Of a stretch of 64,000 nt of DNA, positions 53,021 to 64,000 are shown piece by piece (the stretch's first letter is position 1; each line of letters starts with the position of its first letter). The DNA comes from Octopus sinensis (lineage: Eukaryota): positions 92,380,001 to 92,444,000 of the forward strand of contig NC_043006.1 in the NCBI RefSeq assembly GCF_006345805.1, given 5' to 3'. The notes beneath the pieces were generated by a model that ran no database searches, was not told the DNA's origin, and worked only from the letters and a program-made list of their open reading frames with translations. A program made the translations under genes and the position numbers.

Positions 53021-53694
53021 TGTGTGACAAACAGACGCTATCTGACCAGCAGGCACGGACACATCTATTCATACCCGCATACTAACCTCCTGATAACCCC
53101 AAAATCATTCATGCATAAAGGGGAAGTATACACCACATTGGCTACTTCTTCTTTTCTCTCAGTTCAGCCTTTCTGCTAATACCGACAGGTCAGTAAAAAC
53201 ATATTCTCGCCTTGAACTTAAAATATTCTGAGATGTATAAAAAATCCATTTTAATTTTTGCTGTCAAAAGGCTGTATATATATACCAAAGACTGTATATA
53301 TATACATGTAATGTGACAATTTGCGACAACCAATAATTAACGCAACCAATTCCCAATAATATATTTGTTTTATCCTTTTCTGCCAAATTTTCCCAAATAT
53401 TCTCATCACACTATTGAACTTCTCTGTTACCAAACACTATATTTATACATGTAATGTGACAATTATGTATAAAAACACATTTTTGAATTCATAATATCCA
53501 ATGTGACAATTATGTAAAAAACTTTTTTGAATGCATAATATTCAATGTGACAATTATGTAAAAAACTTTTTTTGAACCCATATTATTCAATGTTTCCTTA
53601 AATGTTACTTTTGACAATCTTTTACCAAAGAGTGAAACCGGTTAAGTAAATAAACATCGTTTAAATTGCATTTTCAAACTTTTTTTCTGATATA
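47171..53694 (-). mobile_element. Penelope-like element (Neptune-type) with ~1.24-kb inverted terminal arms
   Basis: Minus-strand broken ORF 49262-52412: LSRGLKFIPTP, READKG, LYGLPKIHK, LRPIVAG, GTAMGTKVAP, WKRYLDD, linker CGRPNCKTC, GIY-YIG LLYVIRCEGCHEDYIGQT. Arms 47171-48413 and 52413-53694 are reverse complements. Confidence 0.9.
53605..53649 (+). ncRNA. Decayed hammerhead near the outer end of the right arm (mirror at 47215-47259, minus)
   Basis: TTACTT-TTGACAA-TCTTT-TACC-AAAGA-GT-GAAAC-CG-GTT-AAGTAA: perfect 6-bp helix I, palindromic AACCGGTT helix III, core mutated. Confidence 0.55.
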
Positions 53695-55504
53695 ATCCCA
53701 CTCGTGCGATACCCCACAACTCAACTTTTCTTTATATATATATATATATATATTCGCTCCGAAAGCACATAGAAGTTTGTTTAGAAAAAGCAACTACGAA
53801 TTAATATAGTTCTTAAATTTGACAGAAGCAAGGAGGCTAATTCGTTGTTGTATTGTTGCAATGCTAACACAGTTGCGTTAAGAAAGGGATGTGGGTTCGA
53901 GCCCTACGCTGAAGCGAAAGCCTACTGCTTTCTGTGCATAGCTTATATGACCCATTAGGCTATTTTCCTTGATCCTTGCACGGTGGTCGCTATAAGCTTG
54001 AAGCTTATATAAATACCATTATTATTATCATTTACAGGATTGTGAAACGCGGCTCCATATAACAAAATCATTCGCACCGAAGTTTATATATGTGTATGTA
54101 TGCATACTATTTCTCTTGACGACCTTATACCACACCTAGCAACCAATTTTCACGGACGTAATACTGAACACTCTGAGATGATAGTAGTGTAACACTATTA
54201 AATAGTGTTCCTGCGATGGAAAGAAACTGTTATCAGATTATAATCAATATTTTGTAGCTATTTTTTAGATTGGATACAAGCTGAGAGATCATTAATAGTG
54301 ATAAATATCTATTTGTTGTATTACACTTTCTCACTTACAGGTGGTCTCCCAGTTACATGAATTCTGCGCACGAATTACAGAAATTGTAATGTGCGACCAT
54401 CAGTTGCGATATAAAGTCTCTAACTTCCCGATGGAATCTAAATATATATTAACAATTTCTTAGGAGCGAAAATTTATCATTGTCTGCACCTACGCATTCT
54501 CTCATCTTTCCTATTTTTCTGTGAGTTCGCCTATTCATTGATGTCAACACATATTTTCGAGGATTGATTCGCTTCTTGCACGACATCAGGTCTCCTTTTG
54601 TTATGAGTACATCATACTTATTTGGTACTTGATACTAACGTTAAGGAAAATACTTCCTTCCATTTCACTCTTTCCTCTTCTTCATCTTCTCATTCATATA
54701 ATTGAGATCAACCATCAGCGACGTTTTTTGTATGAGTCACATTATTCTCAACACCATTTATTACTAAGCTGGTTTCGCACACGACCAATGCTTCCTCCTC
54801 TCTTCCGTGCCACTTTTCTCGATCTCCTCATTTACCGATTTCTTTCCTAAGCTTCTTCCCATCCGCTTTTATTCATTCATTCAGCTTCTTCCAAATACTT
54901 TAACACCAAGAATGCACGTTGAGGCAATATATAAAAAGAATCATCTAACAAAACTTTGAAGTATAATCATCCATAATTCGATTGTACACACACACACACA
55001 CACACATACACACACACAATACGCACACACACATTATATATATATATTTATAAACATAGAGAGAGAGAGAGAAAGAGAGAGGGGAAGTGATGGAGAGAGA
55101 CGGATCCAAGAACAAAATAAAATCAGGGACAAAATATAGAACTAAATAGGATGTCTACAGTGAATAGATTAGACTGACCCCCAGTGAAAGTTTTAGTTGC
55201 ATGAAGCTCACGTTTTGATTTTACATAAAATCTAATATTCAGACGAGTACCACAAATATAATTAACAGCATGAGTTTGATGCACTCGTTTTCAAACGTGT
55301 CATCCACAAAGGATTTTAAACGTCAGAACATACGGATAAGCGTTTCCTCCCAACAGTGGATATTCAAAAGAAAACCAGGTTCGGTTTAGCATCTGATATT
55401 CGGGAACGAGCAATTCTGAGTACTGGAAATCGGAGCCTTCAAGATACACTGTATTAAAAAATACTCTACATTTCTATTGAGTCCAGTAATTTATTTAGTG
55501 GACC

Positions 55505-55790
55505 CAGAGTGGCTGCGTGGTAAGAAGCGCACATCCCAACCACAGAGTTCGGGAATCAGACCCACTGCGTGGCACATTCTACAAGTGTCTTCTCCTATAG
55601 CCATGGTCCGATCAAATCCTTGCGAGTGGATTTGGTAGACGGAAACTGAAAAATGTCCGTCGTGCGTATGTGTGTGTATACATACATACATGCATACATA
55701 CATATATACATACATACATACATACATACATAAATATACATACATGAACATACACACAGACACGCACACGCACACATATATGAGTGTGTA
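55505..55790 (+). mobile_element. SINE family 2, 5' half followed by microsatellite
   Basis: agagtggctgcgtggtaagaagc...cccactgcgtggcac...gagtggatttggtagacggaaactgaaa. Confidence 0.8.
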
Positions 55791-55794
55791 TTAC

Positions 55795-56064
55795 GTGTCT
55801 TGAATAGCACAACAATGTAGAGTGGACTATAATAACTGTTAGAATTTAATTATTCATCGTTTGATGCAATATTTCAGAATATAAAAAATTCCTTCTTCAG
55901 ATATGGCTAGGAATTGATCGAGTCACTGCTATAATCGGTTTTGATTCCTAGTGATATCTGAAGAAGGATTTTTTTTATATTCCCAAATATTATATCAGAC
56001 GAGGAATAATTAAATTATAAGAGTTATTATAGTCCACTCTACATTGATGTGCTATTCAAGACAC
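55795..56064. repeat. Older foldback with ~120-bp inverted arms
   Basis: gtgtcttgaatagcac...ctaggaat versus attcctag...gtgctattcaagacac, with several mismatches. Confidence 0.9.
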
Positions 56065-56194
56065 ATTATATTTCCCAAACAATACACAATGCTTCAAGCG
56101 AACTGCAATACTCTCCAATATATATATATATATATATATATAAGAAATATTGAATTTCTAAATCTCTCGTAGAGACATGTACGGTGGTGGGGCG

Positions 56195-56558
56195 ATAGAA
56201 TGGTTGTATACTGTCAATCTAACAAGAACGTGACAGTAGGGGGTACACCACCGCTGTATAGCTCTAGGGAGCATCGAACGCCTCCTGATGGCTTTGACAC
56301 ATTTTTCCCTGTGTCCTTATATACATATACGAAGGGGAGACAAACACCCACTTCGTATATGTATATAAGGACACGTGTCCCTAGATGCAGCTTCGGCATC
56401 CGGGGGTGTTTGTCTCCCCTTTGTATATGTATATAAGGACACAGGGAAAAATGTGTCAAAGCCACCAGGAGGCGTTCGATGCTTCCTAGGGCTATACAGC
56501 GGTGGTGTACCCCCTACTGTCACGTTCTTGTTAGATTGACAGTATACAACCATTCTAT
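56195..56558. mobile_element. Palindromic MITE-like element with ~155-bp inverted arms
   Basis: atagaatggttgtatactgtc...ggggagacaaacacc mirrored at 56403-56558; the centre contains a 24-bp duplicate of arm sequence and a gatgc/gcatc hairpin. Confidence 0.8.
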
Positions 56559-56601
56559 ATATATATATATATATTATATATATATATAAATAATTAATAT
56601 T

Positions 56602-56665
<64 letters not shown>

Positions 56666-56672
56666 TTAATAT

Positions 56673-56718
<46 letters not shown>

Positions 56719-56933
56719 TCAATTTAGGGTAGCAAAAAATTCAATAGAAATTTATCGCAACCAGCGGCCTGGTGAAAAAGAGAAAATAGTCATCGACTAA
56801 ATATATAAATATAACGATTTAGGAGTGACCCCAACAGGTCACTCGTCCACCAGAAAGAGCAGCCATAACTCACACGCCAAGTATTAGTAATTCAGAAATT
56901 AGGTGAAAATTTAAAAACATTTACCCTAATTCT

Positions 56934-57034
56934 TCTTTTAGACGTTGCAACGTTTCTGTGTCATTAATTATTAAATTAGCTTAATTAAATTAAATAAGCC
57001 AATCTACCATAGGTTACACTTCATCAGTAAAAGA
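56934..57034 (-). ncRNA. Type I hammerhead, unit 1
   Basis: TCTTTTA-CTGATGA-A-GTGT..ACAC-A-GAAAC-GTTGCAAC-GTC-TAAAAGA. Confidence 0.75.
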
Positions 57035-57404
57035 CCTGGGAGAGACAAATATACACGAGGCGTCTGTATAGATGCCTACGGGATATCTGACTTAAAATTT
57101 TCAAGACTGACGTATTCGCGCCAAACTTATCAACAGTAAATATAAACTGCCGATTCAATCTCAGAATTATTCAGAAAATTATCAATTAGTCAATTTAGGG
57201 TAGCAAAAAATTCAATAGAAATTTATCGCAACCAGCGGCCTGGTGAAAAAAAGAAAATAGTCATCGACTAAATATATAAATATAACGATTTAGGAGTGAC
57301 CCCAACAGGTCACTCGTCCACCAGAAAGAGCAGCCATAACTCACACCGCCAAGTATTAGTAATTCAGAAATTAGGTGAAAATTTAAAAACATTACCCTAA
57401 TTCT

Positions 57405-57506
57405 TCTTTTAGACGTTGCAACGTTTCTGTGTCATTAATGATTAAATTAGCTTAATTAAATTAAATTAAGCCAATCTACCATAGGTTACACTTCATCAGT
57501 AAAAGA
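57405..57506 (-). ncRNA. Type I hammerhead, unit 2
   Basis: Same motif as unit 1. Confidence 0.75.
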
Positions 57507-57877
57507 CCTGGGAGAGACAAATATACACGAGGCGTCTGTATAGATGCCTACGGGATATCTGAGTTAAAATTTTCAAGACTGACGTATTCGCGCCAAACTA
57601 ATCAACAGTAAATATAAACTGCCGATTCAATCTCAGAATTATTCAGAAAATTATCAATTAGTCAATTTAGGGTAGCAAAAAATTCAATAGAAATTTATCG
57701 CAACCAGCGGCCTGGTGAAAAAGAGAAAATAGTCATCGACTAAATATATAAATATAACGATTTAGGAGTGACCCCAACAGGTCACTCGTCCACCAGAAAG
57801 AGCAGCCATAACTCACACCGCCAAGTATTAGTAATTCAGAAATTAGGTGAAAATTTAAAAACATTTACCCTAATTCT

Positions 57878-57979
57878 TCTTTTAGACGTTGCAACGTTTC
57901 TGTGTCATTAATGATTAAATTAGCTTAATTAAATTAAATTAAGCCAATCTACCATAGGTTACACTTCATCAGTAAAAGA
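57878..57979 (-). ncRNA. Type I hammerhead, unit 3
   Basis: Same motif as unit 1. Confidence 0.75.
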
Positions 57980-58079
57980 CCTGGGAGAATACGCGCGAAT
58001 ACGTCAGTCTTGAAAATTTTAAGTCAGATATCCCGTAGGCATCTATACAGACGCCTCGTGTATATTTGTCTCTCCCAGG

Positions 58080-58181
58080 TCTTTTACTGATGAAGTGTAA
58101 CCTATGGTAGATTGGCTTAATTTAATTTAATTAAGCTAATTTAATCATTAATGACACAGAAACGTTGCAACGTCTAAAAGA
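58080..58181 (+). ncRNA. Type I hammerhead, inverted unit
   Basis: Helix I TCTTTTA (58080) with TAAAAGA (58175), CTGATGA at 58087, GAAAC at 58159, GTC at 58172. Confidence 0.75.
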
Positions 58182-59834
58182 AGAATTAGGGTAAATGTTT
58201 TTAAATTTTCACCTAATTTCTGAATTACTAATACTTGGCGGTGTGAGTTATGGCTGCTCTTTCTGGTGGACGAGTGACCTGTTGGGGTCACTCCTAAATC
58301 GTTATATATATATATATATAATTAATATTTATCCAAAACCAAATCCGTAAAATTTTTATAATGGTGTACTAACAGAAATATTCTACCTACCAAACACTAA
58401 ATGGAAGTGACCAAAGCCCTGCCATCTCTACAATTGGTCAATTGAATTTAAACCAAAGGAAAGTTAAGACAGTTACAGGGGTAGACGAAAATAAAGAAGA
58501 AAAATGTACCAGTAAATAAAAAGGTGTTGGGGGAAAAGGCTACGTCATAAGTGGCACGAAGCTGCTTATAACCTTCTACACCATCTCAACATAACAAAAA
58601 ATAAAAATAAACAATAAAAATAAGATGAGTACTCGCAACCAATGCGGCAATCAACTTTTTACAGTTAAGGGGAGACTACTGATAGTGGGTTGAATACTAG
58701 TGGAAATTACCCACGAAATATAATGCTGAATCTGTCATCTTAAATAGCAATCATACTTCCAAGAGGTGGTAATACTAGACGAACAAGTAAATGTCTACAC
58801 GTTACTGGGTGCATTCTGCCTCACGAGAGAACCAAAGTACAAAAAAAAAACAGTACACACTCCAGGCCCTACGACATTTTACTAAATCTTACCTAATATA
58901 TCAAATTAAATTTAAAATTAGTATATCAAAATTAAAATTAGATTGTTCCTATTGCTAAAGGTATTGTAATATTAACCCTTACGTGGGTGTAGCCAAACTG
59001 GGTCTACCACCAAATTTCACTTCCATTCATACATAATAAGCCTAAATGAAATGTCACGTGTGAAAGCCATCAACTACAGTGCCCAAATGCAGACCTATAC
59101 CGTCAAGAGAGGGGAACGGTTAATATTAAGTTATAAGATTTAAGTTATGTTCTACAGTGTTGTTCATAAGTGGGTAGGATTAGTAGGGTCTACTATAAGT
59201 TAGACCAATATGCTGGTTGAAAAGATTAAGTCCAGATTGAAACTTGTGTAAACAAGCTCACCCGTGGTATAGAAGGTACAGAAAAATAAAGTTAGTTGTC
59301 AGGGGGTTCTAACCTTGAGGTTAAGCAGCAATGCCTTTCCTATTCCAAATTAGGTTCATAATTGAAAGATTTGGCATTTGTTAAAGGGGGTGATTATGTT
59401 ATATTAAGGAGAAATAGATTAATAAGTATATAATGTAGATAGTTGTAGTGGATGGGGTGGGATTTCAACTCGGATGTGTTGGTGAAGGGATTGGGCTATT
59501 GTTGCTGGAAATCCTGTTCCGAGTTTAGATCCCATGCTGACGTAGGTCTTGGCGATTTCCGCAGCCATCATCAGTTAAGCCAGTTTGATATATATATATA
59601 ATTTCATGACGCCCCTCCTCTCTTCATCTGACACCTACTTCCTCTCTTCACTCCTACCTAGCCCCTCTTTTCATTGATAGCACTCCATCCCACCCCCACC
59701 CACGCCAACGCCAACACTTTATTATATCCCTTTCTTTCAACCTCTTCTAACTTTTTCCTAACCATTCGCCATGCTGGACCGCTGAAATCTACAAGTTTTT
59801 TTTTCCTTCTCTCTCTGTTTATTTTCTCTTATTC

Positions 59835-59930
59835 CTCGAAACGTAAAAGACTTTGGTTTTTCGCAAACGTCAAACAATTACACCTGCTTGTTGTTCATAT
59901 CCTGTCTTCATCTTTTGTTTTTCTATAAAT
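59835..59930 (+). mobile_element. Family H1 short repeat, 3' half of hammerhead only
   Basis: ctcgaaacgtaaaagacttt...cgtcaaac...acacctg..tgttgtt...cctgtcttc..cttttgtttttct matches the reverse complement of 8445-8550. Confidence 0.6.
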
Positions 59931-59966
59931 TATATATATATATATCTATATATATAAATTATATAT

Positions 59967-60000
<34 letters not shown>

Positions 60001-60889
60001 GTGACACATGACACGTTGTGCTTCCGTAATTTTTGCGATCGAACAAATCATATCCGATGTACCAATTTGAATTTCCTATCTTCATTGCAATATCTATATT
60101 GAATACTATCACTGCACGCAGTGATACATAATAGATATATATATGGTAAATATATGATAAATAGATTAGTATTTCACCTTCATAATTTTTCATTATGGTA
60201 CTGGATTTAGCCTCTTGTCATTTTCTACAAAATTTTCTTCATAAACGGCGAGTTTTCACTCTCTAATCGAACCTTATTGGGTCAGTATACATCCATCTAT
60301 TTGGCATCTGCTATGTTTCAAATAAATTAATAAAATTACTCTGTTGTTAGAATATATAATCCCTTCCTCTTGGGCTATATAGAAGTTCATTTTGTGTTGC
60401 ATAACATCTCATGACAATAAAATATCCAGGTCCTATCACAATGATTAATTCCTATCCGGTGTATTGTTTCACCTTATATCAACATTACGTTTCAGATCAA
60501 ATTATCACAGATGATAATACTTGTTTCTTATGTATTTCAAAGTTATAAATGTTTAACCATCATTATATAAATAACCGACTCTGGGGTTAATGTGAGGTCT
60601 TACAACGCGTTCCATACCCCTCGAAGCCATCTCGGTTTATCAGTTTTGATGAGGTTAGGTAATGTGAACTGTGTATCAAAGCATTTTCATCTTACAAGCT
60701 GTAGTGTACAGTTAACTGTAAATCAACAACTACGGTCGTCAGTAAGAGTTCATCTTAACTATTTTAAAGTGTTTCGCTTAGCCTTCACCAAGTCGTAGCA
60801 TGTATTTTACACGCTCACACACATACCTACGTCAGTACATATATAAATGTGTGTGCTCGAGTATGTATATACACATACATTCACACACG

Positions 60890-60923
60890 CACGCGCGCGC
60901 AGACTCACACTCACACACACACA

Positions 60924-61005
<82 letters not shown>

Positions 61006-61241
61006 TAGAAACCGGACAATGAATATAACACTTTATTATGTGTTACAGTATTTCTGTAGGACACTGTTTCTAGCCGCATTGCTTCCTTTTTCTTCTTTTT
61101 TCCATCGCCTTATTCTTTTATTCCCGTCATCTTGCCCAGCCCCTATTTGTCTCTTATGAAGGAATATCCCATACTCGGAAATATCTCACTATCTGTCTGT
61201 CTCTGTTTCTGTCTTTCTGTCTGTCTGTCTCTCTCGCTGTA

Positions 61242-61336
<95 letters not shown>

Positions 61337-61447
61337 TTATCTATATATCTATCTATCTATCTATCGATCTATATATATTATATATGATCTAACTATCTAT
61401 ATGTATGTATGTTTGTATCTATCTATCTATCTATATCTATCTATCTA

Positions 61448-61534
<87 letters not shown>

Positions 61535-61535
61535 G
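60890..61535. repeat. (CA)n, (TATC)n and (TA)n microsatellites
   Basis: Visible directly. Confidence 0.95.
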
Positions 61536-64000
61536 AACAAATAGAATATGAACAACCACCAACATATAACACTGGACATCCTAAAAGGACACACATATGG
61601 AACAATAAACAAGTGGATAGAAATAACCTACAACAAACATCGAGGAAATCCAAACCACACAAACACCAACTCCATGCAACCCTACAAATTTACAAGATGG
61701 ATAAAAAACAACTCCCACTATCAATACAATACAAACACAAAACATGAACCATCCACCTACCCACAAAGAAACCTGAACCCCATTAATAGAAATTGGCTCA
61801 ACAAACACAGAAGATGGGAAGAAAACAACTACCAAAGACAAAACAATACATACAGACCACACAGACCACCCCTACTACTACAAGAAAACCTAAGAACTGA
61901 AAATGGAATTTGGAGACGCAACAACACAACCCCTTTTTTAGGGAAAGGATACTTCAACCATACTCCAGACCCAATACACCAAAATAATAAACCTATCTAA
62001 AAGAGAACTTAACGAAAATGAAATGAACCTACTACTAAAAGGCCTCAAATTTACACCTACACCCACTCCAAACCTCATAGAACTAAAAACTGATATAGAT
62101 AATTTCAGCCGCCACCTCCGCCTTATGGAATTCTTTGAAAATAAAGAAACAGAAAATAACTCAATCATAAGAAAAAAATCCCATTTCACCCCTTACAAGG
62201 GATGTGACAAACACCTTGACGCATACATAGAGACAATCTCTAAATTTCCTCTCAACACACACAAATGCAAACAGAACCTTCACAGAGGAGAAAAACAAGC
62301 CTTACAAAAACTAAAAAAATGACAAGTCGATCATTATAAAAGAAGCTGACAAAGGTGGAGCAATAGTTATCATGGATACAGGTTACTACAAAGAAAAGAT
62401 ACTGGAGTTGCTGAACAACCAGACATACTATAAAGAGGAACCAACACCAACGGAGAAAGCAACAATAAAAGAAATTAAAACTTTAGTCAATGAATACCAG
62501 GACTCCTTTACAGATAAGGAGATAGCAACTTTTATGGATTACCTAAAATTCATAAAAACTCTGAAATATAGAGAGCCATAAAGGAACGGAAGAACCACTA
62601 TATAAGAATACAAAGGCCTGCAGACCTCACAATGAGACCAATAGTGGCAGGACCCCAGGCACCAACACAACAACTAAGCCACTTAATAGAAGTACTCCTC
62701 AAACCTTTATGCCCACAGATACCAAGCTACATAAGGGATGACGTACGCTTCCTCACACACATTCCGAATACAGTCCCGAAAAACACCATACTTGCAAGCT
62801 TCGATGTCACAAATCTATACAAGAACATACCACACAACCTAGGTCTGGAAGCAATAAAACAATCGGTAAAAAAATACAGGGAACTCATAGACGAACGTTT
62901 CAAGATAGACTTTATCACTCAAGCCACCCAATTAATACTGAAAGAAAATACATTCTCATTCAACAACAAGATATACCGACAGATAAAGGGCACGGCTATG
63001 GGTACAAAATTCGCACCTTCATATGTCAACCTGGTGATGGGTTTCCTGGAGAACAAACTATACGATGAAATAGGGAAAGTCTTCGAACACGACTTCAGAG
63101 AAGACATCAAGAAAAAGTGGAAACGCTACCTCGATGACTGCTTCATCTTTTGGAACAGATCAGAAGAAGACCTGCGAACATTCCACAACATCCTCAACAC
63201 GCTGCACCCATCTATCAACTTCACAATAGATACCAGCTACAACGAACTTCCCTTCTTATACATCATCACAACAGACATCCACTACAAAAACACCGACACA
63301 CACCAATATTTAAATTTCCACTCCTGCCACCCATCCCATATAGTATGGCAAGACGAATATGTAGCATAGTAACTGACTCACAAACACGACTAATAAGACT
63401 AGATGAACTTAAAAACTTCCTACTAGAGCAAAAATACCCCCTTAAACTAATAGAAAATGGAATCACAAGAGCAATGAAACTAGACATCGCACAACTCAGG
63501 ACACCCAAAACAAAAAACAAAGAAAACATTATCCCTTTCATAAAAACGCACAACACTGGAGTTACCAACCTGTTCCAAATCATGCATTCAAACCTGCCAA
63601 TAGCCTTACAAGGCCCCAAAATGGAAAACATACTAAACAAATATTGCATAAAAAACAGTAGACGACAAGACAAAAACCTGAAGAAACAACTAACAAGAGC
63701 GAAATTCTCATCAGAAACTAAAACTGAATTCTTTGCAAAAGATTGCGGAGATGGTAGATGTGGGATCTGCAGCAACCCCACCTATAAATACATAGAGGGA
63801 GACAAAGAAATGAAATTTAAAAGTGGTCACGTATTTAAAGTAAATCCAGATATGAACTGCAAGTCGCAGAACGTAATATACTGCATAACCTGCCCCACGT
63901 GCAAGGAAGATTACATAGGTGAAACTGGAAATTCTTTGTGCCAACGAGCCAGGATTCACCGACAACATGTTCGACAGGAAGAACTGCGCAAGATACCACT
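61535..64000 (+). mobile_element. Penelope-like element (Neptune-type), broken ORF, runs off the window end
   Basis: LLKGLKFTPTP, KEADKGG, MRPIVAGP, LASFDVTNLY, GTAMGTKFAPSY, WKRYLDDCF, linker CGDGRCGIC, GIY-YIG NVIYCITCPTCKEDYIGETG. Confidence 0.92.

Larger units (their letters stand above)
56714..58307 (-). mobile_element. Tandem array of ~471-bp hammerhead-bearing units plus an inverted partial unit (retrozyme-like or PLE pseudo-LTR array)
   Basis: Units start at 56714, 57185 and 57657 (third truncated at 57988); inverted copy 57993-58307; copies nearly identical; no ORF. Confidence 0.85.

Noticed and set aside
53155-53195. Micro-exon-like tctcag|26 nt|gtcagt in the right inverted arm
   Set aside because: Lies within the PLE-associated arm and is mirrored on the opposite strand in the left arm; no partner exons.

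Overview
AT-rich, microsatellite-dense animal genomic DNA with one 100-N gap. The SINE families and repeat landscape look like Octopus/coleoid cephalopod (inference). I could not identify any host protein-coding gene; most ORFs in the track are translated TA/CA/AAT microsatellites. The window is a stack of mobile elements: two ORF-bearing Penelope-like elements (PLEs, Neptune-type) and a third PLE fragment, a Dong/R4-like RLE LINE tail, a Tx1/L1-like LINE tail, an ORF1-only L1/Tx1-like element, an RTE-like tail, three IS630-Tc1-mariner relics, a Helitron nested in a foldback element, and several tRNA-derived SINEs. The main hidden signal is a dense set of type I hammerhead ribozyme (HHR) motifs. 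The best is a ~471-bp tandem array with an inverted copy (56714-58307), each unit carrying a hammerhead with a long helix II, resembling a non-LTR retrozyme or PLE pseudo-LTR array. Other intact or decayed hammerheads sit in a 139-bp hairpin, in the 1.24-kb inverted arms around one PLE, in short dispersed repeats and in two foldbacks. All calls were made by eye; no folding, alignment or database search was run.
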